A stretch of DNA of 64,000 nt from sequence record NC_061450.1, one strand, 5' to 3'. Position 1 is the first letter of the stretch. Each line of letters opens with the position of its first letter. Under the pieces are notes generated by a model that ran no database searches, was not told the origin of the DNA, and saw nothing but the letters and a program-made list of their open reading frames with translations. A program made the position numbers and the translations under genes. Shown in pieces: positions 47,250 to 55,466 of this stretch.

Positions 47250-47686
47250 GCACGCCTCAACTTCTTACGCTTGTCTGGATTGGCGCGGGCAGGCCGTTTG
47301 ATTTGATTAGCGGACTTGCGTGCCTGAGCAATACGTCGCTTGAGATCTTCACGCTGACGTTTATTGCTGTCAGTGTCCTGATCGGTACCTTCCAGTTTCT
47401 TCAAACGGTCAAGCTGTTCAACCATTCGATCAATTTGTGCAGCACGTCCCAGCTTTTGCTGGTGGACGCGTACAGAGTCCTGCTGGACCATACGACTACG
47501 TTGGGCCTGTCTCATTTTCTTTCTGGCAGGCGCTGGGTCACGCCCTTTTGACTGCGCATCAGCAACGGCTTTGCGTGCTTCTGTTTCATTGCGCTTAGCA
47601 TTCTGGAGATCGTTCTTGCTGTTCTCCAGTGCTGTCTTTTGATTCTCTGTCATCTTGGAATCGCTGAGGCTGATAACAATTTCCAT
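47246..47686 (-). CDS. Basic coiled-coil protein, putative virion protein (SLSD motif)
   Basis: Likely start MEIVISLSD at 47686 (GGAG RBS); 146 aa. Confidence 0.55.
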   Translation of the reverse strand: MEIVISLSDSKMTENQKTALENSKNDLQNAKRNETEARKAVADAQSKGRDPAPARKKMRQAQRSRMVQQDSVRVHQQKLGRAAQIDRMVEQLDRLKKLEGTDQDTDSNKRQREDLKRRIAQARKSANQIKRPARANPDKRKKLRRA

Positions 47687-47696
47687 ACGTGCTCCA

Positions 47697-47736
47697 AAAG
47701 AAAAGGGGATGAGCCACGCTTGGTGAGTCATCCCCT
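47697..47736 (-). terminator. Stem-loop / terminator
   Basis: GGGGATGA...TCATCCCC followed by TTTTCTTTT. Confidence 0.65.
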
Positions 47737-47835
47737 ATTGGTCAAAGTGCGCTATGCACTCGGCCTTCTGGCCTACCATATTTGATAACCCTGATGTGGT
47801 CACAGGGAGATAGGGATCACCTCCAAACGCACTAC

Positions 47836-48303
47836 TCATGCCGATGCTGTATGCCATGCCACATGCCTACGAACAAATCGTTGAACATCTGGCTCGACGC
47901 CACTTTCACGGTAATAGTTTATGAGTTCTTGCTCACTACGGAACCACATTAAGTCCTGCCCTAAAAATGAAATGACAAGATACTGGTGGCGGCCCAGCAC
48001 GTTAACGCTGAGGTAGGTATCCCCGTTGTACTTTTTGTTTGCGACTGGTAGAACTGACATTATCTCACGAAAGTCTGGAGCCGACTCTAGGCGTTTGCCG
48101 CCCACGCTCCACACTGCACCATTTTGTCCGTCATGTTTTATAATCACAGGTCCCATGCAAGATACAAAGCGTGCAACTTCTGGATTGTTGACACGTTGTG
48201 CACCAAACATAAAGCGTGCTAGATTCTTGAGATCAGAAGAAGTGAACGGATGCTTAACTGTGCAGCGGTCTTTACTTGTGCTAAGTAGACCGGACATATA
48301 CAA
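47836..48303 (-). CDS. Hypothetical protein
   Basis: 155 aa; GCTAATTT motif at 48339-48346 upstream. Confidence 0.6.
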   Translation of the reverse strand: MYMSGLLSTSKDRCTVKHPFTSSDLKNLARFMFGAQRVNNPEVARFVSCMGPVIIKHDGQNGAVWSVGGKRLESAPDFREIMSVLPVANKKYNGDTYLSVNVLGRHQYLVISFLGQDLMWFRSEQELINYYRESGVEPDVQRFVRRHVAWHTASA

Positions 48304-48375
48304 CCCCTTTTGGCGTGCAGTCTCATCGCCTTGAATCTAAATTAGCAAATCGACTGAGTTTATGAGTGGAAGCAG

Positions 48376-48403
48376 AAAAGGGAAGGCTTGCGCCCTCCCT
48401 TTT
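48376..48403 (-). terminator. Rho-independent terminator
   Basis: GGGAGGGC-GCAA-GCCTTCCC-TTTT (GNRA loop). Confidence 0.85.
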
Positions 48404-48406
48404 AAA

Positions 48407-49714
48407 TTAGTCCCGAGACTTAGCTTTCTTTTTCTTCTTCTTCTTTTCAGACTTATCTGCTTTGTCTTCGACTGGTATTGCTTCCACGCTTAACTTGCCT
48501 TCATTCAGGTCTGCCATCAAGGTCATGATCTGCGCTTCAATCATAATCTCGGCCGGAATGGTTGTGGTGTTAAAACCAATCTCAGCTTCGGCCAATGCTT
48601 TCTGCAAATAGATCAATCGAACAGGGTTCACGTTGATCTTGTTTTGCTTGGCCATGTTGAGGAACATCTTGAGTCCAGCAGTCTGCCACTTGTTGGTCTC
48701 TGCCATGTGACCAATGATGCCGTGAATAATCCAACGAGCTTTCATGACAATGCCGCGAGGGTTGTTTGCTTCACGAATGAACTGAACAACACTGATCAGG
48801 TCCATGTCGAGATAAGCACCAATCATCTGAACCGCTTTGGCTTCCATTTCGATTTCTGGATCAGCCGAAGCAAGGTCATTCACCAGCGCCTTATCAAACT
48901 TCTCTCCACCCATAACCGAGGAGTAGATTGTCTGCAACATGCCGATTGCGCCACGCATCTGGCCACCAGCATACTCCGCCACGGATTTGATTGCTTCTTC
49001 GGCACGTTCACGCGACTTGTCTTTCTTGGGCATGATGCCCTCAGCTTCTGCAATCTCGGTCAAACGCTTGGCGATCACATCGAGCTTGATAGGCTGAATC
49101 GGCAGGATGGTTGCACGACTTACGATAGTCGGCTTCATCTTCTGCGGGTCTGTTGTAACAAACACCCACACCGTATGCTCAGGCGGTTCTTCCGTTGTCA
49201 CAAGGAACTTGGACTCGGCCTGAGGACTCATCAGGTGCGCTTCGTCGAGAATGTACACACGACGTTTAAACATCGGACTAAGTTCTGCGCTGTCGATGAT
49301 CTTCTGACTGCCATCAACTTTACCATGATCGCCACCCATGTCATAACTCATGATATCGGGGTGCGCGTCTTTGCTCATGTCTGCCATGCGGCATGATCGA
49401 CATTTACCACAGGCACTAAACGTGTCGCAGTTAATGTACTTGGCCAGCAGTCGTGCAAACGTTGTTTTGCCTGAACCATAATGTCCTGTGACAAGAATGG
49501 TTGCAGGGATAACGCCTGTCTTGGTCCAGCCGCGAAAGATCTTGACGATGTGGTCTTGACCTACATAATCATCGATAACGCGAGGACGATACTTGGCAGG
49601 AAAGTTTACGGTCTTGAGTTCAACAATCTCACCGTCTTTGCTGCTCTTTTTCTTGCTGGACTTTGGCTCGTCATCACTCGCGCCAAAGCTCCGCTTCTTT
49701 TTATCTTTCGCCAT
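48407..49714 (-). CDS. Clamp loader ATPase, DnaX (gamma/tau)-like
   Basis: Likely start MAKDKKK; KYRPRVIDDYVGQDH, GHYGSGKTT, INC...CGKCRSC zinc module, ILDEAH, SRA; 435 aa. Confidence 0.9.
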   Translation of the reverse strand: MAKDKKKRSFGASDDEPKSSKKKSSKDGEIVELKTVNFPAKYRPRVIDDYVGQDHIVKIFRGWTKTGVIPATILVTGHYGSGKTTFARLLAKYINCDTFSACGKCRSCRMADMSKDAHPDIMSYDMGGDHGKVDGSQKIIDSAELSPMFKRRVYILDEAHLMSPQAESKFLVTTEEPPEHTVWVFVTTDPQKMKPTIVSRATILPIQPIKLDVIAKRLTEIAEAEGIMPKKDKSRERAEEAIKSVAEYAGGQMRGAIGMLQTIYSSVMGGEKFDKALVNDLASADPEIEMEAKAVQMIGAYLDMDLISVVQFIREANNPRGIVMKARWIIHGIIGHMAETNKWQTAGLKMFLNMAKQNKINVNPVRLIYLQKALAEAEIGFNTTTIPAEIMIEAQIMTLMADLNEGKLSVEAIPVEDKADKSEKKKKKKKAKSRD

Positions 49715-49743
49715 TTTGAAAATACCTTTCGTGTGTTTAGTCT

Positions 49744-49752
49744 TATTTACAG
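49744..49752 (-). promoter_or_regulatory. Putative phage promoter motif CTGTAAATA
   Basis: After a terminator, 30 nt upstream of the clamp loader. Confidence 0.65.
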
Positions 49753-49770
49753 ATTTCCAGTGCCATAGAC

Positions 49771-49804
49771 AAAAAAAAAGGACAGACCAAATCCATGGCT
49801 GTCC
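49771..49804 (-). terminator. Rho-independent terminator
   Basis: GGACAG-CCATGGATTTGGT-CTGTCC followed by 9 T. Confidence 0.75.
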
Positions 49805-49888
49805 CAGATAGCAATGCTGAAAATAACAAAAAGACACGGTTTATCGGACGATGAATCCGAAGGTATTTGCAGTGTGGCATCTACAAAT

Positions 49889-50101
49889 TCAGGCAACAAA
49901 AGCGACACTCGGTTCAAAGCGAGGAGTCACTTCTGTGTAATCTTGGTAGGCCGCATCGTTCTGGCGGCGGGCACGCTTAACACGTTCAATCTCACGTTGA
50001 ACGTCAGAGTAACTCTGGATATTGCTGCGTACAGTACGGGTTTCAAACGTGCCATCGTGGCGGACTAAATCCACGACAACACGATAACGACTTCTGATCA
50101 T
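49889..50101 (-). CDS. Hypothetical protein
   Basis: Likely start MIRSRYRV at 50101 (AAGGAG RBS); 70 aa; CTGTAAATA at 50152-50160. Confidence 0.6.
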   Translation of the reverse strand: MIRSRYRVVVDLVRHDGTFETRTVRSNIQSYSDVQREIERVKRARRQNDAAYQDYTEVTPRFEPSVAFVA

Positions 50102-50192
50102 GTTAGTCTCCTTAATAGGGCCTTTCAGCCCTAGAATTATCTGCTGCTTTATATTTACAGAAAGCAGCCACATGCGGAGGCTAAGATAACTC

Positions 50193-50552
50193 TTATTTTT
50201 TAGCCAGTGGATCGACGACAATCTGTGGCTCAGGAATCTGGTCTGTCTTGGCACCAAGTCGCTCCAGGCCCAACTTGATATCCTGCACCAAGTTATGCAT
50301 TTCTTGAGCAACGCCGGCAACGGACGAGGCGGACTGTTCAACTGAGGTCAGGCGATTATCAAGTCCGTCAACAACGGTACTGAGTTTGTCAGTCTGTTGC
50401 TTAACAGCGGTTTCGAGGTCGAGACGAGTTTTCTCGAAGTCAGCAAAATAACGTTGCGACTCGTTGGGATGGCGTTTAGTCCACCACACACCGAACACAA
50501 ACATCAAAGCGGCTACGATCACTAGAACGACTAACCAAGCAAATGTGGTCAT
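50193..50552 (-). CDS. Membrane-anchored coiled-coil protein
   Basis: 119 aa; one N-terminal TM helix followed by a heptad coiled coil; GGAG RBS. Confidence 0.65.
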   Translation of the reverse strand: MTTFAWLVVLVIVAALMFVFGVWWTKRHPNESQRYFADFEKTRLDLETAVKQQTDKLSTVVDGLDNRLTSVEQSASSVAGVAQEMHNLVQDIKLGLERLGAKTDQIPEPQIVVDPLAKK

Positions 50553-50574
50553 AAGGAAATCTCCAAGGATAGTT

Positions 50575-50965
50575 ACGAAACCAGCCTTGTAAGATATGAC
50601 CAGGGCTGGCGTGGTTCAGCCCCAAACGGTGAGACTCCAATATGCACTCGTAAATGCATATTGGAGTCCACCCAGTGAGCAACGCGAATCAATCAACTGG
50701 GCTTTCTCCCCCTCAGTTTAAGGCGCCTAGAGGGATTGGCGCCCGAGAGAGTCTTACACCTATTGCGCACAGCCGACGACGGCACAGGTAGCACTGTTGG
50801 CATCGGCGTGCTGCAGGTTGCTCTGCTCATAACCAGCATGACGGTGCTGGCCAGAGTGTCCTACACACAAGGCAGCTCCCTGATGTGACGGACACATACT
50901 CCCACTAATAAGCCTTCTAACATCGCTGACCGTGAGAGCATGAATTGGTTGCGATGCGCACAATG
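50575..50965 (-). ncRNA. Candidate structured non-coding RNA / long leader
   Basis: About 400 nt without a convincing CDS; 14-bp perfect inverted repeat at 50633-50668, further hairpins and mutually exclusive stems. Confidence 0.3.
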
Positions 50966-50968
50966 CAC

Positions 50969-51010
50969 AAAAAGGGGAAGGGTCAGAGGGATTGCTTCCG
51001 ACCCTTCCCA
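50969..51010 (-). terminator. Probable terminator of the HAD-gene operon
   Basis: GGGAAGGGTC...GACCCTTCCC 10-bp stem followed by CTTTTT. Confidence 0.65.
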
Positions 51011-51091
51011 AACGTGCAGAAGAACACTCCGTGTCCTTCATTTGTTACGCTATTTAATTAGTGAAATTTGCCGAAGTGGCTAAGATTTTTC

Positions 51092-51679
51092 TTAACTATT
51101 TATGGTACTAAGGTCGCGTTGCATTTGCTCGATTGCGCCAAAAAATTCATCACGTTCAAACGTTTCAATGCGGTACGGATGTTGAATGTGACTGTTCCAG
51201 GGTTGACTTTGGAGCAATACATTGGAAGGCAGGGGTCGAGATTGATCGAATATCGGTTTGTCGTCAACAAGGATAAAGTTATTGTGGCCAAACACCTGAT
51301 GCAGGTACTCCAGCTTGTCGGCAATCTCATAGGGATTGATAACATGCAAACGTCCAATCAATCCATTGAGGTTGTTTTGTTCCAGACTTTTAACTGTGTA
51401 CTCAAAGCCTTTGTCCGAGTAACCGCGATGAGTACACACATGAACACAACGGCCCGAGGCACGCAACAGGTCAAGAGTGTTTGCCACAAACGGACGTAGT
51501 GGAACGTGTAACATGAATTCGGCTGCCGCCAACATTTCAAGGAAGTGTGGCCCGCCGTTGGCTGCTGTTAAATAATGACCTTGACAATCCACGCCACGAC
51601 GTTTCAACTCCTGATCGAAGTATGGGTAGGTCGCAAACGCAGTATCGTCAAGGTCAATAACAATGTCTCGTATAAACAT
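51092..51679 (-). CDS. HAD-superfamily hydrolase (5'(3')-deoxyribonucleotidase-like)
   Basis: Likely start MFIRDIVIDLDDT (DxD), VCTHRG, LVDDK; 195 aa. Confidence 0.8.
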   Translation of the reverse strand: MFIRDIVIDLDDTAFATYPYFDQELKRRGVDCQGHYLTAANGGPHFLEMLAAAEFMLHVPLRPFVANTLDLLRASGRCVHVCTHRGYSDKGFEYTVKSLEQNNLNGLIGRLHVINPYEIADKLEYLHQVFGHNNFILVDDKPIFDQSRPLPSNVLLQSQPWNSHIQHPYRIETFERDEFFGAIEQMQRDLSTINS

Positions 51680-52068
51680 TAATGTTCCACACAAGGTAGG
51701 AGCAGAGGCAGTCCGTTGATCGTCGCCATAGTGAGGTTGTACTCAGAGTAGGAGCGAATGAACGCGTCCGGCTCTGCAACAAATCCACAGTCTTCGTCCT
51801 CATCAAGCTGGAAGCTGTCACGGCTAATAAGCTCAAGGCCATACTTGCGTGACGGCACAACTTCATGAGGATTGATCATCCAGATCTGCCCTTTGCTGTC
51901 TGTTAATAGGTGACCGACAAAATCGTGACTGCCGCGCTGCACGTAACGAAGCACAGGTCCAACAGTCTCGATCACAAGAACGTCTTGTGTATCGTCTAGG
52001 TCAATTGGGTCAACGAAATCATCGTCGGAAAAATCAAGATCAAAGTCATCATGCTCTACGCTTCGCAT
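51679..52068 (-). CDS. Hypothetical protein with acidic N-terminus
   Basis: 129 aa; TAATG coupling. Confidence 0.6.
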   Translation of the reverse strand: MRSVEHDDFDLDFSDDDFVDPIDLDDTQDVLVIETVGPVLRYVQRGSHDFVGHLLTDSKGQIWMINPHEVVPSRKYGLELISRDSFQLDEDEDCGFVAEPDAFIRSYSEYNLTMATINGLPLLLPCVEH

Positions 52069-52651
52069 CAGGTACTACTCCTTTGAGACCACGTATCACG
52101 GCAGGACTCATACCGATTAGCATCGATCGTCCAACCGTTGTATGCATACGTTGGTTAACTGCGAGATTAATAAGGTTATCCACTACAAAGTCAATGTCTC
52201 TGCCTGTCTTGGTACAAACATGGCTAATCATCACATCGCTGGGTTGAGCAAAGAACGTTAGTATCTCGGCGTCGTGCAGAATCTTTCCCTCATCTGTCAA
52301 CGGCGCTAGCGGTGTCTCTTGGTCTCTGATGTAACTCGTAATAACAGGACCTTCAATTTTATTCGACAAGTTGCCGAACACCTGAACGAGATTGAGTGCC
52401 GAGGTCACACTGTACTTGTGATCAACGGCAACCAGTCGCAAGAAAAGGCTTGCTGCCAAAAGATTGTGGTCAATGCGCAGACGCTCCGATGTCAGAGTCA
52501 GAATATCATGCGACAGGCTAACCACGTTCAAGGCAAAATCTCGGGTGTACATGGAGTGCAGTTTGTTGTGCTTGTCAAAGAACTGAGTGGCTGGCACCAG
52601 TCCAATGCGAGACAACAATAACTCTCCTTTTACGCTGTTTATGTTATACAC
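52049..52651 (-). CDS. Hypothetical protein, possibly degenerate HD-domain fold
   Basis: 200 aa; LLAASLFLR and KILHDAEIL resemble HD helices, but the HD dyad is absent. Confidence 0.35.
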   Translation of the reverse strand: MYNINSVKGELLLSRIGLVPATQFFDKHNKLHSMYTRDFALNVVSLSHDILTLTSERLRIDHNLLAASLFLRLVAVDHKYSVTSALNLVQVFGNLSNKIEGPVITSYIRDQETPLAPLTDEGKILHDAEILTFFAQPSDVMISHVCTKTGRDIDFVVDNLINLAVNQRMHTTVGRSMLIGMSPAVIRGLKGVVPDAKRRA

Positions 52652-52655
52652 GGCA

Positions 52656-53624
52656 TCACTCAGCGCGTACTTCTTTCAGGCTGTTCTTGATTGCCTTACG
52701 CAGTGTTTTGCCAACGTCGATACCAGACACATGTCGGGCAAACGTATAGGCAAACAGGCTTGGGGCATTTTTCATTGCGGCTTTTTCAAGATCAGGGCGG
52801 CCCTCGGCTACCTCAATCTCTCCTGGCCACAAATCAGCAACTGACGTTCCGTCTTGCTGTGCCATGAGTTCCAACTCTCTGACCGAGATAGAACGCTGTC
52901 TGGAGATTGATCGGAAGATCAGATCGACAAACGGCAGCAGGTCTTCGGACACCACGTTCTTAACGTCTTTCGCATCACCAGCATGGAGAAAGTCTTCCAG
53001 CAATCCTGCCAAGACTTGTTTATCCAAGCGGTGAACATTACGCAGCTTGTTGAACAACACCAGCCAGCGAAATCTGCGTCTGGAACTCAACAGGTGAGTC
53101 CAAATGCTTTCGCCGAGTCCGTACATCAAGCGGTTGAAAACATCTTCTCCGACATGGGTCGAATCGAGGTATACTGTGAGTTCGTCCTGCCACTCTTCCT
53201 TTTTAAAACGTGAACGGAAGGTGTGAGTCTTGCTACCGGACTGCTGAATAAAGTTGATAGCCGTCATGCGGCGAATAGCCTCATGCAGGTTATACTTGTC
53301 AACAATCTTGGGAAGACGCTTGAGACCCAAACGTGCAGCCTTACGAATTTCTTCAGGACGACCGTACAGATGCATCTTGGGCAGCGTGCTGATATCAGGC
53401 AGGCTGTGATACGGTCTGACGGTAACGCCAAATGCGCTGGCGCCTGGTTCAGGGTCAGCGCCAAGTACGCAGAGCACGTCTACGCTTGGACTAAATTTGA
53501 TTGTCTCTACTTCGCTCTTGTGCATGGTGTTTGCGATGATGCCAACTGTTTTACCAGTGGCGAGTACCAGCACGTTTTTGTTACCAGAGCGAACCACGAT
53601 ATAATCATTCTCTTTATGTTTCAT
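52656..53624 (-). CDS. Hypothetical protein
   Basis: 322 aa, ATGA coupling. Confidence 0.65.
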   Translation of the reverse strand: MKHKENDYIVVRSGNKNVLVLATGKTVGIIANTMHKSEVETIKFSPSVDVLCVLGADPEPGASAFGVTVRPYHSLPDISTLPKMHLYGRPEEIRKAARLGLKRLPKIVDKYNLHEAIRRMTAINFIQQSGSKTHTFRSRFKKEEWQDELTVYLDSTHVGEDVFNRLMYGLGESIWTHLLSSRRRFRWLVLFNKLRNVHRLDKQVLAGLLEDFLHAGDAKDVKNVVSEDLLPFVDLIFRSISRQRSISVRELELMAQQDGTSVADLWPGEIEVAEGRPDLEKAAMKNAPSLFAYTFARHVSGIDVGKTLRKAIKNSLKEVRAE

Positions 53625-53830
53625 CTTTTATCCTGAGAATGTTGTTTCTCGTACAAAGAAATTACGACGGTACGAACGGAATTTACAGGAACGGACAGGC
53701 CGAACAAGTTGAGACTTTTCTTAATCTTCTTCAACGCCTGTTCCTGATGAGGATGGAGCTTGGGACGGATGTTCTGCAACTCAGGACGAGTTTGCAAACG
53801 ACCTGTTGGACTACGCTGATTTTTGTTCAT
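53621..53830 (-). CDS. Hypothetical protein
   Basis: 69 aa, fills the gap and is coupled to the next gene. Confidence 0.5.
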   Translation of the reverse strand: MNKNQRSPTGRLQTRPELQNIRPKLHPHQEQALKKIKKSLNLFGLSVPVNSVRTVVISLYEKQHSQDKR

Positions 53831-54320
53831 TGCTTACTCCCAGATATTCTGTGCAACTGTTAGGACATGCCTCACACCAAGCTCCTGGTTTGCAGGCTGT
53901 GGTGTTGGCTGCTCTGTGGGTATCGTCAAGAACGATCACAAGCTGCTCATACCACTGGTCGGTATCTTCCAGTGCGAGGCAGATGCTGGACAGTCCATGA
54001 TTGACCGCCAGCATCTTGTCGATAACAATGTATTGAGGACAGCCAAGCTCACCCAGTATTTGTCCGACACCTAAAGCTGGTGGCACGATATAACGATCTA
54101 CATCTTGGCGAAGGAAGCGGTCATCTTTTGTAATGAAAGCAACCTCGAAGCCAGCAAGGTCCATGTTGTTGCAAAACACTGTGTCGAACTGCCGATAAGT
54201 CTCGGAGCTAACACTGACTTCAACAACGTTCAGTCCCATCGGATTGTCTCTGACGGTAAGGCAGTTAAATCCAATTTGGTCTGACATGGAAACCAAGAGC
54301 TTATTAATAATGGCGGACAT
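53811..54320 (-). CDS. Hypothetical protein
   Basis: 169 aa; C-terminal Cys cluster (CKPGAWCEACPNSC). Confidence 0.6.
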   Translation of the reverse strand: MSAIINKLLVSMSDQIGFNCLTVRDNPMGLNVVEVSVSSETYRQFDTVFCNNMDLAGFEVAFITKDDRFLRQDVDRYIVPPALGVGQILGELGCPQYIVIDKMLAVNHGLSSICLALEDTDQWYEQLVIVLDDTHRAANTTACKPGAWCEACPNSCTEYLGVSNEQKSA

Positions 54321-54336
54321 TCTAGGTGATGCCTCT

Positions 54337-55005
54337 CTACGATGCGAAGTGAATCAAGAACTGCACGGGTCGAACTCGCGGGTTATGGACGGCGCGGAGC
54401 AGTTGCTCAAAGCGCACGTCACGACCACGTAAATAGTTGGCGTTGTCGAACACGATCAAGCTGTACGGATCAGACTGTTTAAAAGTGACGGGATCAAACA
54501 TAGACAACGGCTGAGGTTCTCGGCTTTCTTTAAGCTGCTTGCACATACGGCCGTAGCCTGCGCTGTCGTGAATCTCAAACGCGTCACAGTTAACGTCAGG
54601 GTTCGTTACACAGAACAGGTCTGGCTCTCTGGTGCCGATGTACAAACACTTGGCACCAGGATACTTCTCCATAAAGTCCATCAGGAGATATTGAGCAAAC
54701 ACAGTCGCGCCGCTGCGTTGAGGCAAGTGAAAGCCCAACGTGTGGAAATCGCGCATTGTTTCAAATGAGATTTCCATTGAGGCAACAACTTCGTCAATCT
54801 GGTCGGGTGTTGGCCGGACGCGTGTGCCATCAAGTTCAGCATAACTGAGTTTACCAATGGCTGCCTGAAACTCACGGTCGCCATTAAGTCTCTCGTCAAC
54901 GTGGTGATAGGCAGAGCGCTGGACGTTTTCAAAGGCACGCTGTTGTGCTGTTTGAATAATCGTGAGCAAAGACTGCTGGACAGGGTTGAGTTGAATATCA
55001 ATCAT
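54337..55005 (-). CDS. Hypothetical protein with degenerate P-loop NTPase motifs
   Basis: HLPQRSGAT (Walker A with Lys to Ala), LYIG, LIVFDNA (Walker B-like); 222 aa. Confidence 0.45.
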   Translation of the reverse strand: MIDIQLNPVQQSLLTIIQTAQQRAFENVQRSAYHHVDERLNGDREFQAAIGKLSYAELDGTRVRPTPDQIDEVVASMEISFETMRDFHTLGFHLPQRSGATVFAQYLLMDFMEKYPGAKCLYIGTREPDLFCVTNPDVNCDAFEIHDSAGYGRMCKQLKESREPQPLSMFDPVTFKQSDPYSLIVFDNANYLRGRDVRFEQLLRAVHNPRVRPVQFLIHFAS

Positions 55006-55014
55006 GATAGTTCC

Positions 55015-55164
55015 TTATTCGTCGGGCTCAAGGCCCAGTTTACGGCAGAGTTCCTCGAACTCGTCTTCCGACATAGTATCGAGGCAGTTGTTACGGAATG
55101 CGTCCCAGTGTTCTTCGGCGTGGCGACGCAGGGCGTTGACTTCATCTTCGTTTAAATGTGTCAT
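55015..55164 (-). CDS. Small acidic hypothetical protein (below the ORF-track cut-off)
   Basis: MTHLNEDEVNALRRHAEEHWDAFRNNCLDTMSEDEFEELCRKLGLEPDE, 49 aa; AGGAG RBS; fills the gap exactly. Confidence 0.7.
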   Translation of the reverse strand: MTHLNEDEVNALRRHAEEHWDAFRNNCLDTMSEDEFEELCRKLGLEPDE

Positions 55165-55172
55165 GATAACTC

Positions 55173-55466
55173 CTATTGAGGATCGTCAGGAAGATTTAGA
55201 ATAGCATCCAGATCAAGACCGTGTAGACCATGGCCTTCAGGAAACGGATCATGTTTGACATACTGAAAATTGGGACTGTAGTAGGCAAAGCTGTTGCGTG
55301 CTACGTTCTGCGTCTCGCGCTTACCTGCTGCCTGCTTGTTAGCCACGTGGCGATCAATGCGTGCCTTGCGCGGGTCAGGCTTTTTGTCCAGGTCGTCAAA
55401 AATACCAACGACACGACAACGACGGTAGTTCGGATGAACGCTGATATGTTTGACGGTTGCTGTCAT
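55173..55466 (-). CDS. Hypothetical protein
   Basis: 97 aa, ATGA-coupled to the TnpB-lobe gene. Confidence 0.6.
   Translation of the reverse strand: MTATVKHISVHPNYRRCRVVGIFDDLDKKPDPRKARIDRHVANKQAAGKRETQNVARNSFAYYSPNFQYVKHDPFPEGHGLHGLDLDAILNLPDDPQ

Noticed and set aside
49755-49880. Short minus-strand ORF starting MPHCKYL
   Set aside because: It runs through a terminator and poly-T tract, with no RBS.
50575-51010. tRNA genes (GGTTCAGCCCC and GGAAGCAATCC resemble T-loops)
   Set aside because: No cloverleaf with acceptor stem, anticodon arm and TTCRA could be built.
50760-51041. 93-aa Cys-rich ORF; also considered as a tmRNA tag region
   Set aside because: It runs through a terminator hairpin and has a weak RBS; no tmRNA tRNA-like ends or ...AA-stop tag were found.
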